A stretch of DNA of 64,000 bases, taken from the NCBI GenBank assembly GCA_026026165.1, contig JAPEUD010000012.1:62001-126000 (forward strand). The letters run 5' to 3'. This stretch comes from Sarea resinae (Eukaryota). The notes beneath the pieces were generated by a model that was not told where the DNA came from, made no database searches, and saw nothing but the letters and a program-made list of their open reading frames with translations. Made by a program: the position numbers and the translations under genes. Below, one piece after another: positions 23,225 to 36,000 of the stretch (its first letter is position 1; every line of letters starts with the position of its first letter).

Positions 23225-24850
23225 CTACCAAGGCCGAGTGCACGGATCTTCACCATAATAGCACTTGACCATCGTAGCCAGATTTGCATCGAGGATCGTC
23301 TTGGCCCATGCAGCCTGTTTGATATAGGCGAAGAGAAAGCACAATTGTTCATCCCCATTCGGCTCAGCCAGGCGAACCACCCGGTCGACTTGGAATACCA
23401 TTCGGCTTGCAAAAAGCTCAAGAAAGTATCCCTCGTCCAGCGCCGTCCTAGACCCAGATACCACCAGGACACGGGAAATCCGTCTCGCTGTGACCTGGTC
23501 CAAGGGGCGTCTCTTGTTTCGATTCCACACGACGGAAATCTTCTTCCCCAGCAGTTTGATTGGACGGTACCGGGCACGTAGCAACATCGCTTCTGCCTCG
23601 GAGCGCGCGGAGAAAGTCACCTTTGCCGCCGCCGTATGGGAAAAACTGGCTTCTGGCCCAGTAATCTTGGCTGCCGCGACCTTTCCGCCGCACAACACCG
23701 AGAACAGATCCGTCAGCGTGACGTTTCCCGGTAGCCCGGTCAACCACAGAGAGCAGTTTTCTCCGTTCGGAATTTCCTCTTCCGTCGAATCCTGAGCCTG
23801 CTGTTCTTCATGACTCAGGGCAAAGGCTTGGGTTTCTGTCATGTGGCGTTGCTGTGGCATTCATTAGTCTCGATACTGTTCATCCTATAAGCAGAATTCA
23901 AACCAACCATTGCCATATTTTGGCGTCGATCCTGAATCTGAAGCTCTATTATAAATGCGAGCTGAGCTCGCTGTTCGACGAGTTGTCTCTCGAGGTGGTT
24001 TATGTTTGCAGTGAGACTGTTAGAGGCAAGAAGGAGCTGCATTCCCCATTGGTTCTCTTCATATCCTCTAGCTTGCGGTCCCATACTGACCGCCGAGCTT
24101 CGGATCATCCCGGCTTGTCTCTCAGCTTGTCTCTTGTTGTTGTTACCAATTGCAGTCTGTCTGATGTTACCAGCCAGCGGAAAAAACTCCAGTTCACGTC
24201 CCGCATTGGGCACAGCAGTATGAAGCACCGATGATTCGGAAGCTGACTCGAAGGATGTATCGACTGTGATTTCGGAATGGGTAAGCCGATGTCCCCTAGC
24301 CATGACGCTCGCAGGAGTACCAAGCACCGGTGACTCGAGGACCGATTCAAAGGATGTGTCCGTTGTGGCATCCGAGTGGTCATGTCTATCTGTCAGAGAC
24401 ATCAAATCTTCAGTGCTGTTGCTTGTGGCCTTTAAGCTCTTATCATTCGAGCTACTCTTCTCGGCGTGAATTTCGCAATGGTCTGTCTGTTGTTCCCTGG
24501 GAATTCCCGAGAGGAACGCCGCCAGATCGTCTACATCGGCCATATGGTCTTTGTTCGTTTCTTGCGCTCCAGCTTGCCGGCTGCGAAGTTCTCGGATAGC
24601 GCCCATGAAGGGAGCCTCGCCGCTGGTACAGTCAATCAGCACGACTGAATAGCATGATGCCCTGAGTCAGGAAAGTGTTACTTTTGGGGTGACGTGTGCG
24701 TCATCGTTTGTCCTGTCTGATCATACACGGGTTCTCGCCTGCTTTCCGAGTCGAGTCAGCTCTGACTGACGATGGAATCCGCCCAACAATGAGGACAAGA
24801 GAACGATGCCAGTCAACTCACATGTTCGACATGTTTCCCAGCGTATCCAT
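23225..24850 (-). CDS. RRM-type RNA-binding protein (C-terminal tandem RRM-like region, N-terminal low-complexity/coiled coil), 4 exons
   Basis: ATG 24850 (MDTLGNMSN) with three in-frame introns (GTGAGT, GTAACA, GTTGGT donors; CTGAC/CTAAT branches) joining ORFs 23839-24642 and 23225-23860; RNP2-like SLWLTGLP, RNP1-like AAAKVTF, second unit SRVLVVSG...FLFA, terminal YYGEDPC. Confidence 0.65.
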
Positions 24851-25149
24851 CACGGGTTTTCTTTCTCGAGTTTTGTAGATCCAAGTCCGAAGTTGTTTTG
24901 CTCGAGCTCCTTTTCGAAATCTTTGAAGATTCTAGTCACGACAAAGAAGCGGAAGAAGAAAAAAGAAAGTAGAATGAGAGCAAGTTCTTCCAGGATTCAA
25001 ATAGGATATCCTTCACGATTACCCGAGAGAGTCAATGTGTTATTGCTCTGTGAATAATCTTCTACTTACATCCATCGCCAGAGACTATTCGCCCTTGACT
25101 GATTCACCTCGACCGAGGGTCGTTATCTCAGATGAATGTGCCTCCACAG

Positions 25150-25900
25150 ATACCCCTCGATTGTATTATTAGCTTAGCTTAGCTCTCCAGCCTCTTCTTC
25201 CTGATAAGCCTCCTTGATATTAGCCGACTCAGAAGCTTTATCATTGTCAGAGTTGTCTATACCTGGCTCGACGCTCTTAATAAACTAAAGGAGATTAGGC
25301 TTATCTTTTTCTTCTGTCTCTTTGTACTAGTGAGTTAGCCTTATAGTGTTGCTGTAACTGTGTTGTTAGATCTTGTTATATTGCCTCCTCCTAGAAGTAG
25401 AGTTTAGGTATTCTTGTGTTCAGCCTATCTATAGCTGCCTTGCTAAAGCTCTTCTTCCTTGGTATTTAGTTCTTATAGAAGCCTCTACCTTTAGCTAGAT
25501 TGTTTAGGCTTCGTTGTCTAAAAGCCACGAGTGTTTTAGTGAAATCTCTTGCTCGCTCGTGGCTAGCTTCATCTATGCAACTCAGGTAGTCTTTCACTTA
25601 TGTGATTTGATGAAGACGCCGTGCTGCTTCAAACACCTCGAAAGGAGCAGACCGATTGTTCATAAGTTCGCGGCTATACGAGGAGCGCCCCTGGCAAAGG
25701 CTTCTCATTCAGAAAGGCTTTTAGACGTTCGCCCAAGTTGCGCAGGTCTTACAATTACCCATGTGCAGCTTTTCCAGCACGGAGCGTCTTGCACGTCCCA
25801 GGCGGGCCGTATAACAGTGTATCAAACTATACCTCTCCTTGGCCCTCTTTGAAAAAGGATAAGGCGGCGTCCTCAAGATTGAGCCTTCTCAGATGCCCAC
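25150..25900 (-). pseudogene. RIP-like degraded coding relic, product unknown
   Basis: Minus-strand reading gives protein-like acidic text broken by TAG/TAA (KETEEKDKPNLL*FIKSVEPGIDNSDNDKASESANIKEAYQEEEAGELS*); TpA-rich. Confidence 0.5.
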
Positions 25901-26099
25901 TAGAAGTTCTGTCCCGTCAACGAAACTTGTGACCAGGTCCCACAGCTAAATCGGTTTTCGTTTGTCAATTGTCTGTCAAGGAAAACATTTCTGAGCAGAC
26001 AATTGGATGGCGGAGGTTCTAAGACCTCTGAGGGGACTATAGCGTACTCTTGATGTACTATCGCCTTTACATCACTGCTGTCGATGTCCTAAATTGTCG

Positions 26100-28900
26100 G
26101 TCTAATACCCTTGGATCAGACCACCTAGGGGTCAGTCTTCCCCGCCATCTGACAGCAACGATCCGCTTGCTGATCCGCTTGCCCGTTCTCCAATACAGAA
26201 ATAGGCCAGCGATTCCGTCACTTGTCTATCTGGATAGGCCTCTTTGTCGGCCTCCTTGTCCCCGATCCGCACATCTTCTTCAACCCGGTCCCTACCGTGA
26301 TATTAGCTTATTGCACTTAACGATCATTGGCGACATGATCAATGCTGCTAGCGATGGAAGATACGCAACATACATAGGCGCGGGCTTTGTCAGGCCTAAC
26401 GAAACTAAGACTGGTTGCACCAGTCCGCTCTCCCCTTTTTGAAGATCCCAGTCTAGCTCGAGAGCCCCTTTCCTGCTAGTCTTCTTCCACTCGCGATTCT
26501 ATAAGAGTCATTTAATTCTTATCATCCCCACAGACAAGATTAAGCTTACCAGCATTTCCCTGACCGACGGGTCATCTTCGCTGGGATGCGATTATTGGCT
26601 AATAGCTTTAATAGCCTAGCTATCAGAGACCTCCGGACCATTAGACCAGTGGACCAGTGGATCATTGACCGCACTGCCTTAGATCTAGGCAAGTGTCACC
26701 AATGATGATATATAGATGCTGAAGGAAATCGAAGCGGTTTTAGTATAAAAGCTTGTCCTGAGTCTCAGCATCGAATACGGCATGCTGGATGTGATGATCG
26801 CCGAGGTTTTCTTGGTGAATTTCTTGGTGAACAAATGAGACAGTTGCTCGGAAAGAGTACGCCACTGTACCTAGATGTCGTCGATTGACAGTGGTCGTCC
26901 CTAGATACTCGTCTAGCTTGCTCTCAATGCTTGTTCACGGTTTCTTTCCCTTGGTTAGCCTCAATCTCACCAATACTACTCGTTTAAGAGTCCTGTAGGT
27001 CCACTGGATGACTTCGTTCAATTGCATTAGAGCGTCGTCGAGCCAGAAGTATCTCTCCTCGGCCTGGCAGACCATTGATTGGGTATGTAAAAGAAGTCCC
27101 TGTATGGGTGCTAGAGCTAGAGAGGGGAAGATCATGCTAAATCGCCTCCAGATTCATTCAAAATCAGCCAGCGAGCGAATTTGAAAGCAACTTGAAAGTG
27201 CTTCCTAAGCACTTCCTAAATATTCGCACCATCTGAGCACATGGTTGGCTGTCCGGGGTCTCCACTGCCCATACGACCGAATCTCTCATTCAGATACACG
27301 ATTGTTTGGCTAGTTGTCGCCTGCCTAGAAGTCATTTTACAGAGTGAAAAGAGCGTTACCAAAGACTATTAGCTTCTGACCAGAGATCTTCTTGTTCTAC
27401 TCTGCTAGAGCTTTAGTAGTGTCGTCGTCCCTCTCTGTATCTATAACTAAATCTATTATTTCTCCATTCTGTTAGCAGTTAGTATATGTTCTATCCTCTG
27501 ATTAAGTACTTTTCCACGACCGCAGACCTCCCTCCTTTTATCACGCGCCCACCCACCCACAGTGGTAAGCCATCCTAGTTCAAGCTAAAATCATTAATTC
27601 TATCAAATATAATATCCAGAATGGATTTCAAAGGTGGCAGGGGAGATCATCGGAGCAATTCTGCTGCTTTATGTTATTGCAGCTCTCGAGAGCTTATAGG
27701 GGGCGTGTTCCAGAGGGCCTAGAACGGTTGACTCTATGCTTCTAAGCTCTTAAGCATACTAGGAAGCTGAAACTTCCTGAGTGTGTCCGACCAGCTCTTT
27801 CTTATCTTGTTCATCATGGTCTTTCTCCTCCTCGGGGACCTCGGCGAGGTTCAGTGCACATAAGGATTCAAGGCGCGCGGCTTCTATCGCGAAGAGTTTT
27901 CTCCTATCGCCTTCGAATCTCTTGCGTTGGGGGGCGGGGGGGGGGGGAGTTGTGCAGGCTTCTTCCTAAGGTCTTGATCGATTCGATGAACTTCTGTATC
28001 TCTTCATCGGTCGCCTGCATGGTCTCCACTTTCTGCTGGATGAAGTTGTAATAGTCTTTTCGAAGCGTTAGTAGCCTGTTGGCGTATTCGGAAGGCTCTA
28101 TATTGAAAGCTATAGCAGTGAAAGTCAAAGACCGCGGACAATGACAACATAGACGATGAAGAGACCAACGAAGTCGTTGGAACGGTGCAGAAAGAACAAG
28201 CTCCTGAGCATAGTTCTATACGCCACCGGCTCACCGAAGTCTACTAATTCCTAATTCTCGAATGCGCAAAGAGGTTGATGTAACTTCCTTCTATCATTCT
28301 TATAATTCCGCTCTTGCCTGTTTGCCTCTCCCGACTTAAAGCGCGGAGCTCCTTGAGGAGTGGATGTAGGTCGGTGGGCCCGGGGAAAACCCTCTGGGGG
28401 GTGAAAAGGGTGGTGAATAAAAATCCTGGTTTGGATGTCGGTGAATGGGATTCCTACAAGCAATTCTATAACCTCTCGGATTCTTCGTCTTCCTCGCTGG
28501 TCCGCCCTTCACCGCTCATGAGAAGTATGACAGGGTCTTGACCATCGTTCGGTAAGAAATAGTTAGGTCTTGTTAGTGGCGTGCTCGTGCATTGGCCATG
28601 AGCCAGGATAATCTTGTGCAAGTCCCTAACCCACTTCCCCTCTCCATCCAAAGTGATACAGAATTCTTTCACGGAATCGATAGATACTTCCGCTATTTCC
28701 TCCCTTGTCGTGAACCATTCTAGTGGTATTCTATCACGAGGAATGAAATATGCTGTGTCTGTCTTGCCCTAGGTACCTGCAGCCTTGTGGTAGAAGATGT
28801 CGTCCTATAATGCCCTTGAATGGAAGAAATAGTGTTTGACATCCTTTGCCTCCCTAGACTAGCGAGCAATTTAGAAACATACAGTTTCGTTTGATTCTAC
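26100..28900 (-). pseudogene. Degraded coding region, possibly including a second SF1 helicase-like domain
   Basis: Protein-like minus-strand stretches with TAG/TAA stops and frameshifts (NRLLTLRKDYYNFIQQKVE; EAKDVKHYFFHSRAL*DDIFYHK; HAVFDAETQ...LYIIIGD...RSLIARLL). Confidence 0.5.
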
Positions 28901-29650
28901 AAAGCCATTAGCGTAAAGCTTATGCTTGACAAAGTACTTAGTCCCTTCTAGCTCTATAAGGATAAGATGTGCGATTAAAGGCTGTAAATCCGCTAGTTCA
29001 TAGCTTAACAGAACTTTAGAGGCGTGTATTACACGTCTAATCTCTCTAAGATTATTTTCAGATTGAATTTATGTAGGAAATTTTGCTATCACTGCTCCTC
29101 TGTTAACAAACACAGAGTAGAATCTAGAAAGGCGTATAGTAGATCCTAGGCTTGTCTTGCCTATTTGCTATGATATCTATACTGTTATAAGTTGATTGTG
29201 ATCTACAGCGGCTAGAATCCAATCTATATCAATGTTAGCAGGTAGAACAGCAAATTAGATAATAGGATAAGCTAGGGTCTACTTTCTTAGATTAGTTAGC
29301 CTATATTATTTAGAGAGGCGATCCTGCAGTTCCTAGAGGGCTCTAGACTCAGGTCTAATGATTAGGAAATTATCGATATGTAAGATAACTGACGCTAATA
29401 GAGTGCTAGTAATCTATAAAACAACCTAAAGTTGTGTTCTAACTAGTATACAATGTATTAAGCTACACTAAGCTGTAGTGTATAGGCATAAACACTATAT
29501 AAGAGATTTGCTGCAAGGCCTAAATCTTTAACACTCTGATCTAGTTAGTATTTGTGAGCTAGTTGAGCTACAACTACCTAGTCTTCTAGATAGTGACTGC
29601 GTTAGAGCGCATAGTACTGGGAGAAATCAGGTTTTCTCTTTTTTATAGAT
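28860..29650. other. Strongly RIP-like AT/TpA-rich core
   Basis: No ORF >60 aa; dense TAG/CTA/TAA and apparent CA/TG depletion by eye. Confidence 0.65.
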
Positions 29651-29699
29651 GAAGCCAGTAGACAGGAAGGAGCTTCGATATCGTGAGAAGCCATGGGCG

Positions 29700-30770
29700 A
29701 AGAGCTCGCGTCTCGAGATCATAAACAGAATGGAGATCTGCTCATTAAGCACCCATCTCCGCACAGTTTTTCAAGGAAAATATGGTTCCTCTCGGCCGAA
29801 CGCGAGGCCCTAGCGGAGACATCGTCATCTTCTTCTTGACGACCTGGGCCTTGTCGATTGTCTTGACAGGAGTGGCCCACCTGGTTATAGCTGCCACCTT
29901 TATAAGCTCTGCAACCTGTGCCTTGAATAGGGCTGTAACCAGAATATTTTTGTAGTCGACCCTACACAGTGCAGACCGCCTCCACTACACGATCTGATCG
30001 ACTACCTGCGCCTCTAGAGTGCTTGATCTGCTCTTGACAGTCTTACTTTGACCGTCTTTGACATTGAAGAACCACTTGTTGTCGTTGACTCGCCAGGTCT
30101 TGTTCGAATCGTTAGCGATTAGGACCTTTAAGCAGGCCACTTCATAGTCGACCTAGAAAGGCCGCATGGTGTTCGAGGGGTGTGCCTCGACAAGGCCCTT
30201 GTAGAAGGTATGATTCGTTGCGGCACCTAGACCAGCATTGCACTGGTATTGATCTTGTTCATGCCGAATGCTTGGTTACCTGCATCGCACATCGGATGCA
30301 GGAGTCTATTGCCAGTGCCTCGGGCGTGCTCCGGGCGGGAGAGTCTTCTGGCCTCGGACATGGCGCGAGGGAGTAGATTAACAACAGCTGGATAGCCGGC
30401 TGGCTGGCTGGCTGTGCCTTTGTGGAACCGAAACAAAAAGAGAAGAAAGCCAAGACAGGCCCAATGTAGTAAGCGGATGAGGAGCAGATTTCGTTTTCAT
30501 CGATCTCTGGATTCTAGGTTTAAAGGAATGTCATAAGTTGTTCGAGGTCTTATAGGACTAAGCGTTTGATATAAATATGCTGTCGAAGGTCTGAGGCCGG
30601 GAAAAGAGCGCCCTCGTTTCCGCCTCCCCCCGGGCTTCTTTCAGAGGGATCTTATTGTTGTCTATCAGCGTCGCTTTGCTGTAACGCTGGTAAAGACTCA
30701 GGTGATAAGATTGAACACGTTCAGCTTCTTGTCCAATACCTTGAGCTATCCTAAGCGTATAAGGACGCAA
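29700..30770 (-). pseudogene. Relic of a Upf1/DNA2/NAM7-like superfamily-1 helicase core
   Basis: In correct order and spacing: FDSIFISNA* (motif II-like, ~30570), NRLLHPMCDAGNQAF (QYRMHP-like, ~30300), FFNVKDGQ...LEAQVVDQIV*...ILVTALFKAQVAEL...VKTIDKAQ, then after a 1-nt frameshift GRQ...IFLEK...LMSRSPFCL (motifs V-VI-like). Confidence 0.6.
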
Positions 30771-32965
30771 TTAATCTGGTCGTTGTTGTTACTATGTTCA
30801 TACCGATCTTATCTTCGAACAGTTTTTGTACATTCCGATCTAGGTAATAGAACCTAATCTTATTAGTAGAGGAGGATAATCTTGTTGTATCGTGACGATT
30901 ATTAAGTCTGCCTTTTTCTCAGCATAAAGAAGAAGGGCGGGGAGGAAAACGTAGATATAGATAGATAACCCCAGAGCTTGCGAACGTCCTCCCCGTTATA
31001 AAAAGTGGAAGGGCGAGGTGGGCGAAGAGGGCGGGGTTTCTGGGCCCTTAGAAACTTCTTCCTCTCCTCAGTGTCTATTCGCTATTCACCTGTGTGAGTC
31101 ACTCATTCTTCGACGGCATGTCTTGATCATTAGACTAGGAAAAATTCACGCGCCGAGGGAAGAGATCCGGGAGTTTCGCGGTGAGTCACCAGCCACGCCT
31201 TGTCGCCACTCTGCCGTTTCCACTTTCTGAGCTGCTTGTTGCCTTGACCTGTGACTTTCTTTATTCTGTCCTCTATATTCAAACGCGCTATAGAGCAGGA
31301 TCAGAGCCCGCTGTAGCTCGTAGCCATAGCCCACATACCATAATACTCATCCAAGCTGTCCTTGCCACTGTTTGGAATCGTTAAAGCAACAAGCAGTCTA
31401 GACAATTGACTTGGGGGGAGCTTCCAAGAAGATGCAAACCAAAAGAAGGAAAAGAATAAGGAAAAGAAAAAAAATATATGAATGACGTTCCCGTCTTTCT
31501 TGGTGTCCGATTTGCTGGCTATTCACGGTTCCGTTTCGGTTCTTATTTGTTGGTCTTGTTTGATTGATGGAACAGCACGGAATGAATGAGACAGAGGAGC
31601 AGAGGTAGTGCGATTCTGTTCGAAACCATAGTTGATATGTGGGAGATTGGAGAGCCAAGGAACTGACGAATGGAGAGAGCGGATAGGAAAGAGGGAATAA
31701 GCCAGAGAGGGAAGAAAATGGCAGATATATTCCGCAGTGTTCTCGTTCCGTTCTCGACCCGTGTGACTGGAGAAGTTAAGAATACAAAGGGGACGAGTGG
31801 TGCCGGAATCAAAGGACAGACCGGGCCGATGAAGAGAAAGGGCCTGTTGGCGTTACCGCGAGGGGAATGAGAAGGGGTAGGGTGCGCAGAGAGTATGGTC
31901 GGCGAGTAACGCAGCTGTCTGCGAGTGAATGGGGGCTGGGGCGATGGAATCTAGTCATGTCGACACGGATGCAAATGTGGACATGAATATTGACCGAACG
32001 GTAGTAGTTCTAGATGTAGACGTCATTATCTCTCGCTTTGAAGGCTGCATTGTAGATGAGATGAACTGGCAATGAGATGAACTAGCTATGAGATGAACCA
32101 GAGGTCAGAGCTCGGAATAAGGGTAGATCGGACGAACACAACAGCTCTAGCTCTCGAAAGAATCAGAATAAGCAAACAGTGATGCCCAAAGAGGAAGAGT
32201 AAGGAAGATGGGACAAAAAGAATCGAAGAAAAAGGGTTTCGTTCCGGCATGATGTTCCAATTTCGATATCCGAGAATTCTTTCTTTCCGTGAGACCGTTT
32301 CTTCCTTCCTTTCCTCTGGCGCTCTCCACACTCATTTCCGCTAAATCTGTTCATCCCGATTCTGCTCACTAGAGCCATTAAATCCAACACATCCGTCCCT
32401 CTTCCCTACAAGTCAACGACAGCCGCACGCCCCAGGCGCTATCTACGCACGGATGCGAGAAAGAGGGCGCGAGAGATCTATGACACGCAAGCGCGCGATA
32501 GCCTACTCGATTCTGCGATCTTAGATCCTCGGCGTAAAGTAGATCTTCGGATTCTCCGCAGCCTTGCAGCCTTGGCACCAAAATATAGATACACGTAGCA
32601 CAGTAGTATACAGGGCGCAAAAGCGTACACGACAGGAAGGCAAGGAAGTGTGTATGGCAAGACGAGAAGAGCAGAAAATAGGCAAAAGCATATGGCGAAC
32701 GAAGAGGAAAGGAAAGTGAAGGCGAGGTAGGTAACTAGCCTCCTCCAAGAAGAAAGATAGGAAAAGTTAGTTCCTACATCGGGAACCATCAGGTGGGCAA
32801 AAGAGGAGCGTGAGCACGTCGGCCTCGTGTAACAAGAAAGGCAAACGGTCAGCAGAAGCAGATGCAGAATTCGAGGAAGGAAGGAAGAAGCAGACCGAAA
32901 GCCACTGCGTGCGTAACTGTTGAAGCAGAAGAGTTCAAGCCCGCGATCCTGCTGCCTCGAAGCAC

Positions 32966-33000
32966 AGCCCAGCCCAGCCCAGCCCAGCCCAGCCCAGCCC
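32966..33000 (+). repeat. (AGCCC)7 microsatellite
   Basis: Direct reading. Confidence 0.9.
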
Positions 33001-36000
33001 GCTGTCTACACTTACACCGTAGGCCAAGTACTATGAGTACAGGAGGTATGTCGCAGGACATCCAGGCATGCTCATCGCCACGACCACGATCTCATCTACT
33101 CGGAGTACAGGGCGGTCAAGCTGTCACAGTCCCTTCGAGGCCTCAGCCCTGACGATCTGTTGGGAGCGAAACAAGGCTTCGAATTGTGGAGTCCTGTGGA
33201 GTCCCGCTGCCCGCAAAGGTACGGGTGCATTTGTACGATGTCGTCAAAGCTCAAAGGTGAGGCTGCGAGGCTTCAGGCTTGTGACGACTGGCCTGGCCCG
33301 GCCTCGCTTCGCTTTGCGCCGCTTTGCGCCGCTCTGCTCTGCTTGGCTCTGCTTTGTTGATCGGGTCCGGGGTTTGCTGGACTACGAGGCATCTACGAAT
33401 ACTACTCCGAGTATGTACAAAATACCTGACTCCGTCCTGCGCAATCCTCTCCGGCGTCTTCACTTCCATTGTGACCTTCGCGTGGTGCTCGGGAGCGGAG
33501 AAGGGAAAAGGTACCTCCTCCTCCCTCAGGTTGCAGAAGATCGGAGTCTGATGGAGACGTAGCACATGAAACCTGGAGAGGGAAGGATTTCCCTCGAACT
33601 GCGGAGTGGAAGGCCCATGATTGGAACCCTATCTCAGGCTTCCAGCTTGACAGCTTGACAAGGCAGATCTAGTCCTCGATGAGGAATCCTATCTCCGGAC
33701 AGGCGATTTGCAGCTCCCCACATACTAGAGTACTGAATTGTCGCCCGAGATTCGAGCAATACTCTACTACGTATTTTACTTCGTACCTCTCTAGATAGGT
33801 ATGTTTGCTTTGTACCCCAACCCTCCCTCCTGCACCGTGCTTTGCTTCCAGTCAGCAACTCAAGCAAGCAAGTTGCCGTGTTTCCGCACCGCCCGCGTAA
33901 AATTGGCACCGAGTCCGCTGAGATCGAAATGAAAAAGATTTTCAACTAGGGCGATGCGGCAGTGCCGCAGCGGCAAAGAGTTGGGAACTTGGGATTGAGA
34001 AGAGAATTACAAATTTAGTGACTCGGGACTGGACAGTAAGCGGCATGACGGCCACGCCCGTGTGCCGAGATTTACCTTGCCCTGATACCCTGATGCACGG
34101 AAAGTGATCTATAATAACAGAGCCTGCTGGAGAGGTGTAGTAACCTCTCGAAGCGCATATTCTCGGTGGATGGTGGTGTACAGAGAGCTGGGGAGTACAA
34201 TGATAATCGCTGGAGGTAGGACGCCGATCATATGAGCAGGCATATCTGCATTAATCGAGGCTGGCCAAGGATGACCATGGACAAATTCGTCGAATGGAGG
34301 CTTATGACTCGAGGAAAATATAGTGAATGGCGAAACTCGGAGTTTTGGAATTTCTCCGAGTTCTTTCCTGTTCGGCGACAGATTTAGAAGTGGCATTGGT
34401 TGTTGTAGGTTATACCGTTTCATCGTGACTGGTCAACCTGAACGTATTATCAGAGGTAGGAAGGGATTGCCCGATGCAAAACACCTGAAAGAATTGCCCC
34501 TTGTGAAGCTGGGCGCACTACGCCAAATTTGCATCCACGCAGAGGCAAATACCCTCCAGAAAGCGTTGCTCCCGTCCGTACATACTCTCCAAGAGTGGTG
34601 CACGATCAAAACTAGTCGGATCCAAAGATCACGAGACATCGTTGCGGCAGCTGATGATGGCGGTCTGACAGTCTGGATGTTCGCCCCTTGAGCGCCAATT
34701 CTTGGCTAGAAGCCGCGGAGCCAATAGTCTTGCGCTCGCGTTACTTGAAACGAGCGAACCGGATATAATTCTCGTTACCAGAATTGTAAACAGAGCGCGT
34801 CGAAATTGATCACATTGTGATATCTTGGACGATTCGCGAAGCAAGCAGGCATGGCGGGAGCGATCGATGTTGCCCAAAAGCACAGCTGGTTTGTAGGCGA
34901 GATCAGATGAGATTCCGATGCAATGCAAGATGGGAGATGGCAGAATGAGAACGATGAGTGAGAGGGGCAAGATGGACGACTGTATTTTTCGATGCGCACA
35001 GGCGTGTGGATGATCGGCCGACGAGGAACCTGGTCAGCCGGTAAGAGCTATTGACCCATGCGGTGCTGTGGTTGGTGGTGGTTGTCGTCGCGATGTGGTG
35101 GCATATGCTTCTAGGCGAGATTGAGGGTTTTGTGGCGCATGGAGAGGGAGGGGATCCAATACCGGGCACCTACTCCGGAGTAATAAGCATCATCCATATC
35201 ATATCGTGACATTGATGTCTCCATGAGATCGGAGAGAGAATGATAGCTCTATTCGTGCCTCGATATTACCGTCCACGGTCGTGCGTCGGACACTTGTATC
35301 GACTGCCCTAGGGCCAGAAAGAGAAAGCGGTGTCAATTTGTGATGAGAGATGTGCTTAAAGGCATAGATGTAAGGCGTTGTTGTGCATCGTAAATTGCAA
35401 ATGGCATCCTGGGCTCACCGTCTGCAACGCCCGCAGGCTGCTGCTGTTGCCGCTGCGGCTACTGCACACCGTACGGCAAGCAAGTCACCTCAGGCAAGTC
35501 ACGGCTCGCGTGTCTCGAGGAGAGGAGGACACATCAAATCATTGATGCAATGGAGCCTTTTTACCTGCATGGAAACGCCCTAGTCTGCATGTTTGCGTAC
35601 TCCCGCACTCGACGGTCGACGGCATTTGACTCGCCGGCGCGCTCGCAGACCTCGCTGGCGGTCCCAGCCTTCGTCGTAGGTCCCCAGACTGTTTGCCAGA
35701 CGGCTGCCAGACGAGAACACCGTTTGATACTGTACGATTGATTGCTTTTATCCTCATTTCTCCGCGGTTGCGGAGCTGACGGGCAGCAACGCTTTTTTCA
35801 GACACGTTGCTTACGTAGTACTTAGGTTCCCGCGTTCGGCAGAGTTGGGCAGCAACAATCTTAATCGATTGCAACAGCGGAGCTTGCCCTCTTCAGGATA
35901 GTCCCTTGTCGACTCGAAGCCATGGCAGACAGCAGATGCAGCGCTCATGCTTTGTCCCATGGCCGTCGAGCGGCTGATCCTTACAATCTTGAGCATCACG

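Noticed and set aside
34100..35000. Possible minus-strand pseudogene
   Set aside because: Some protein-like text with stops but no recognisable motif; cannot be supported without a search.
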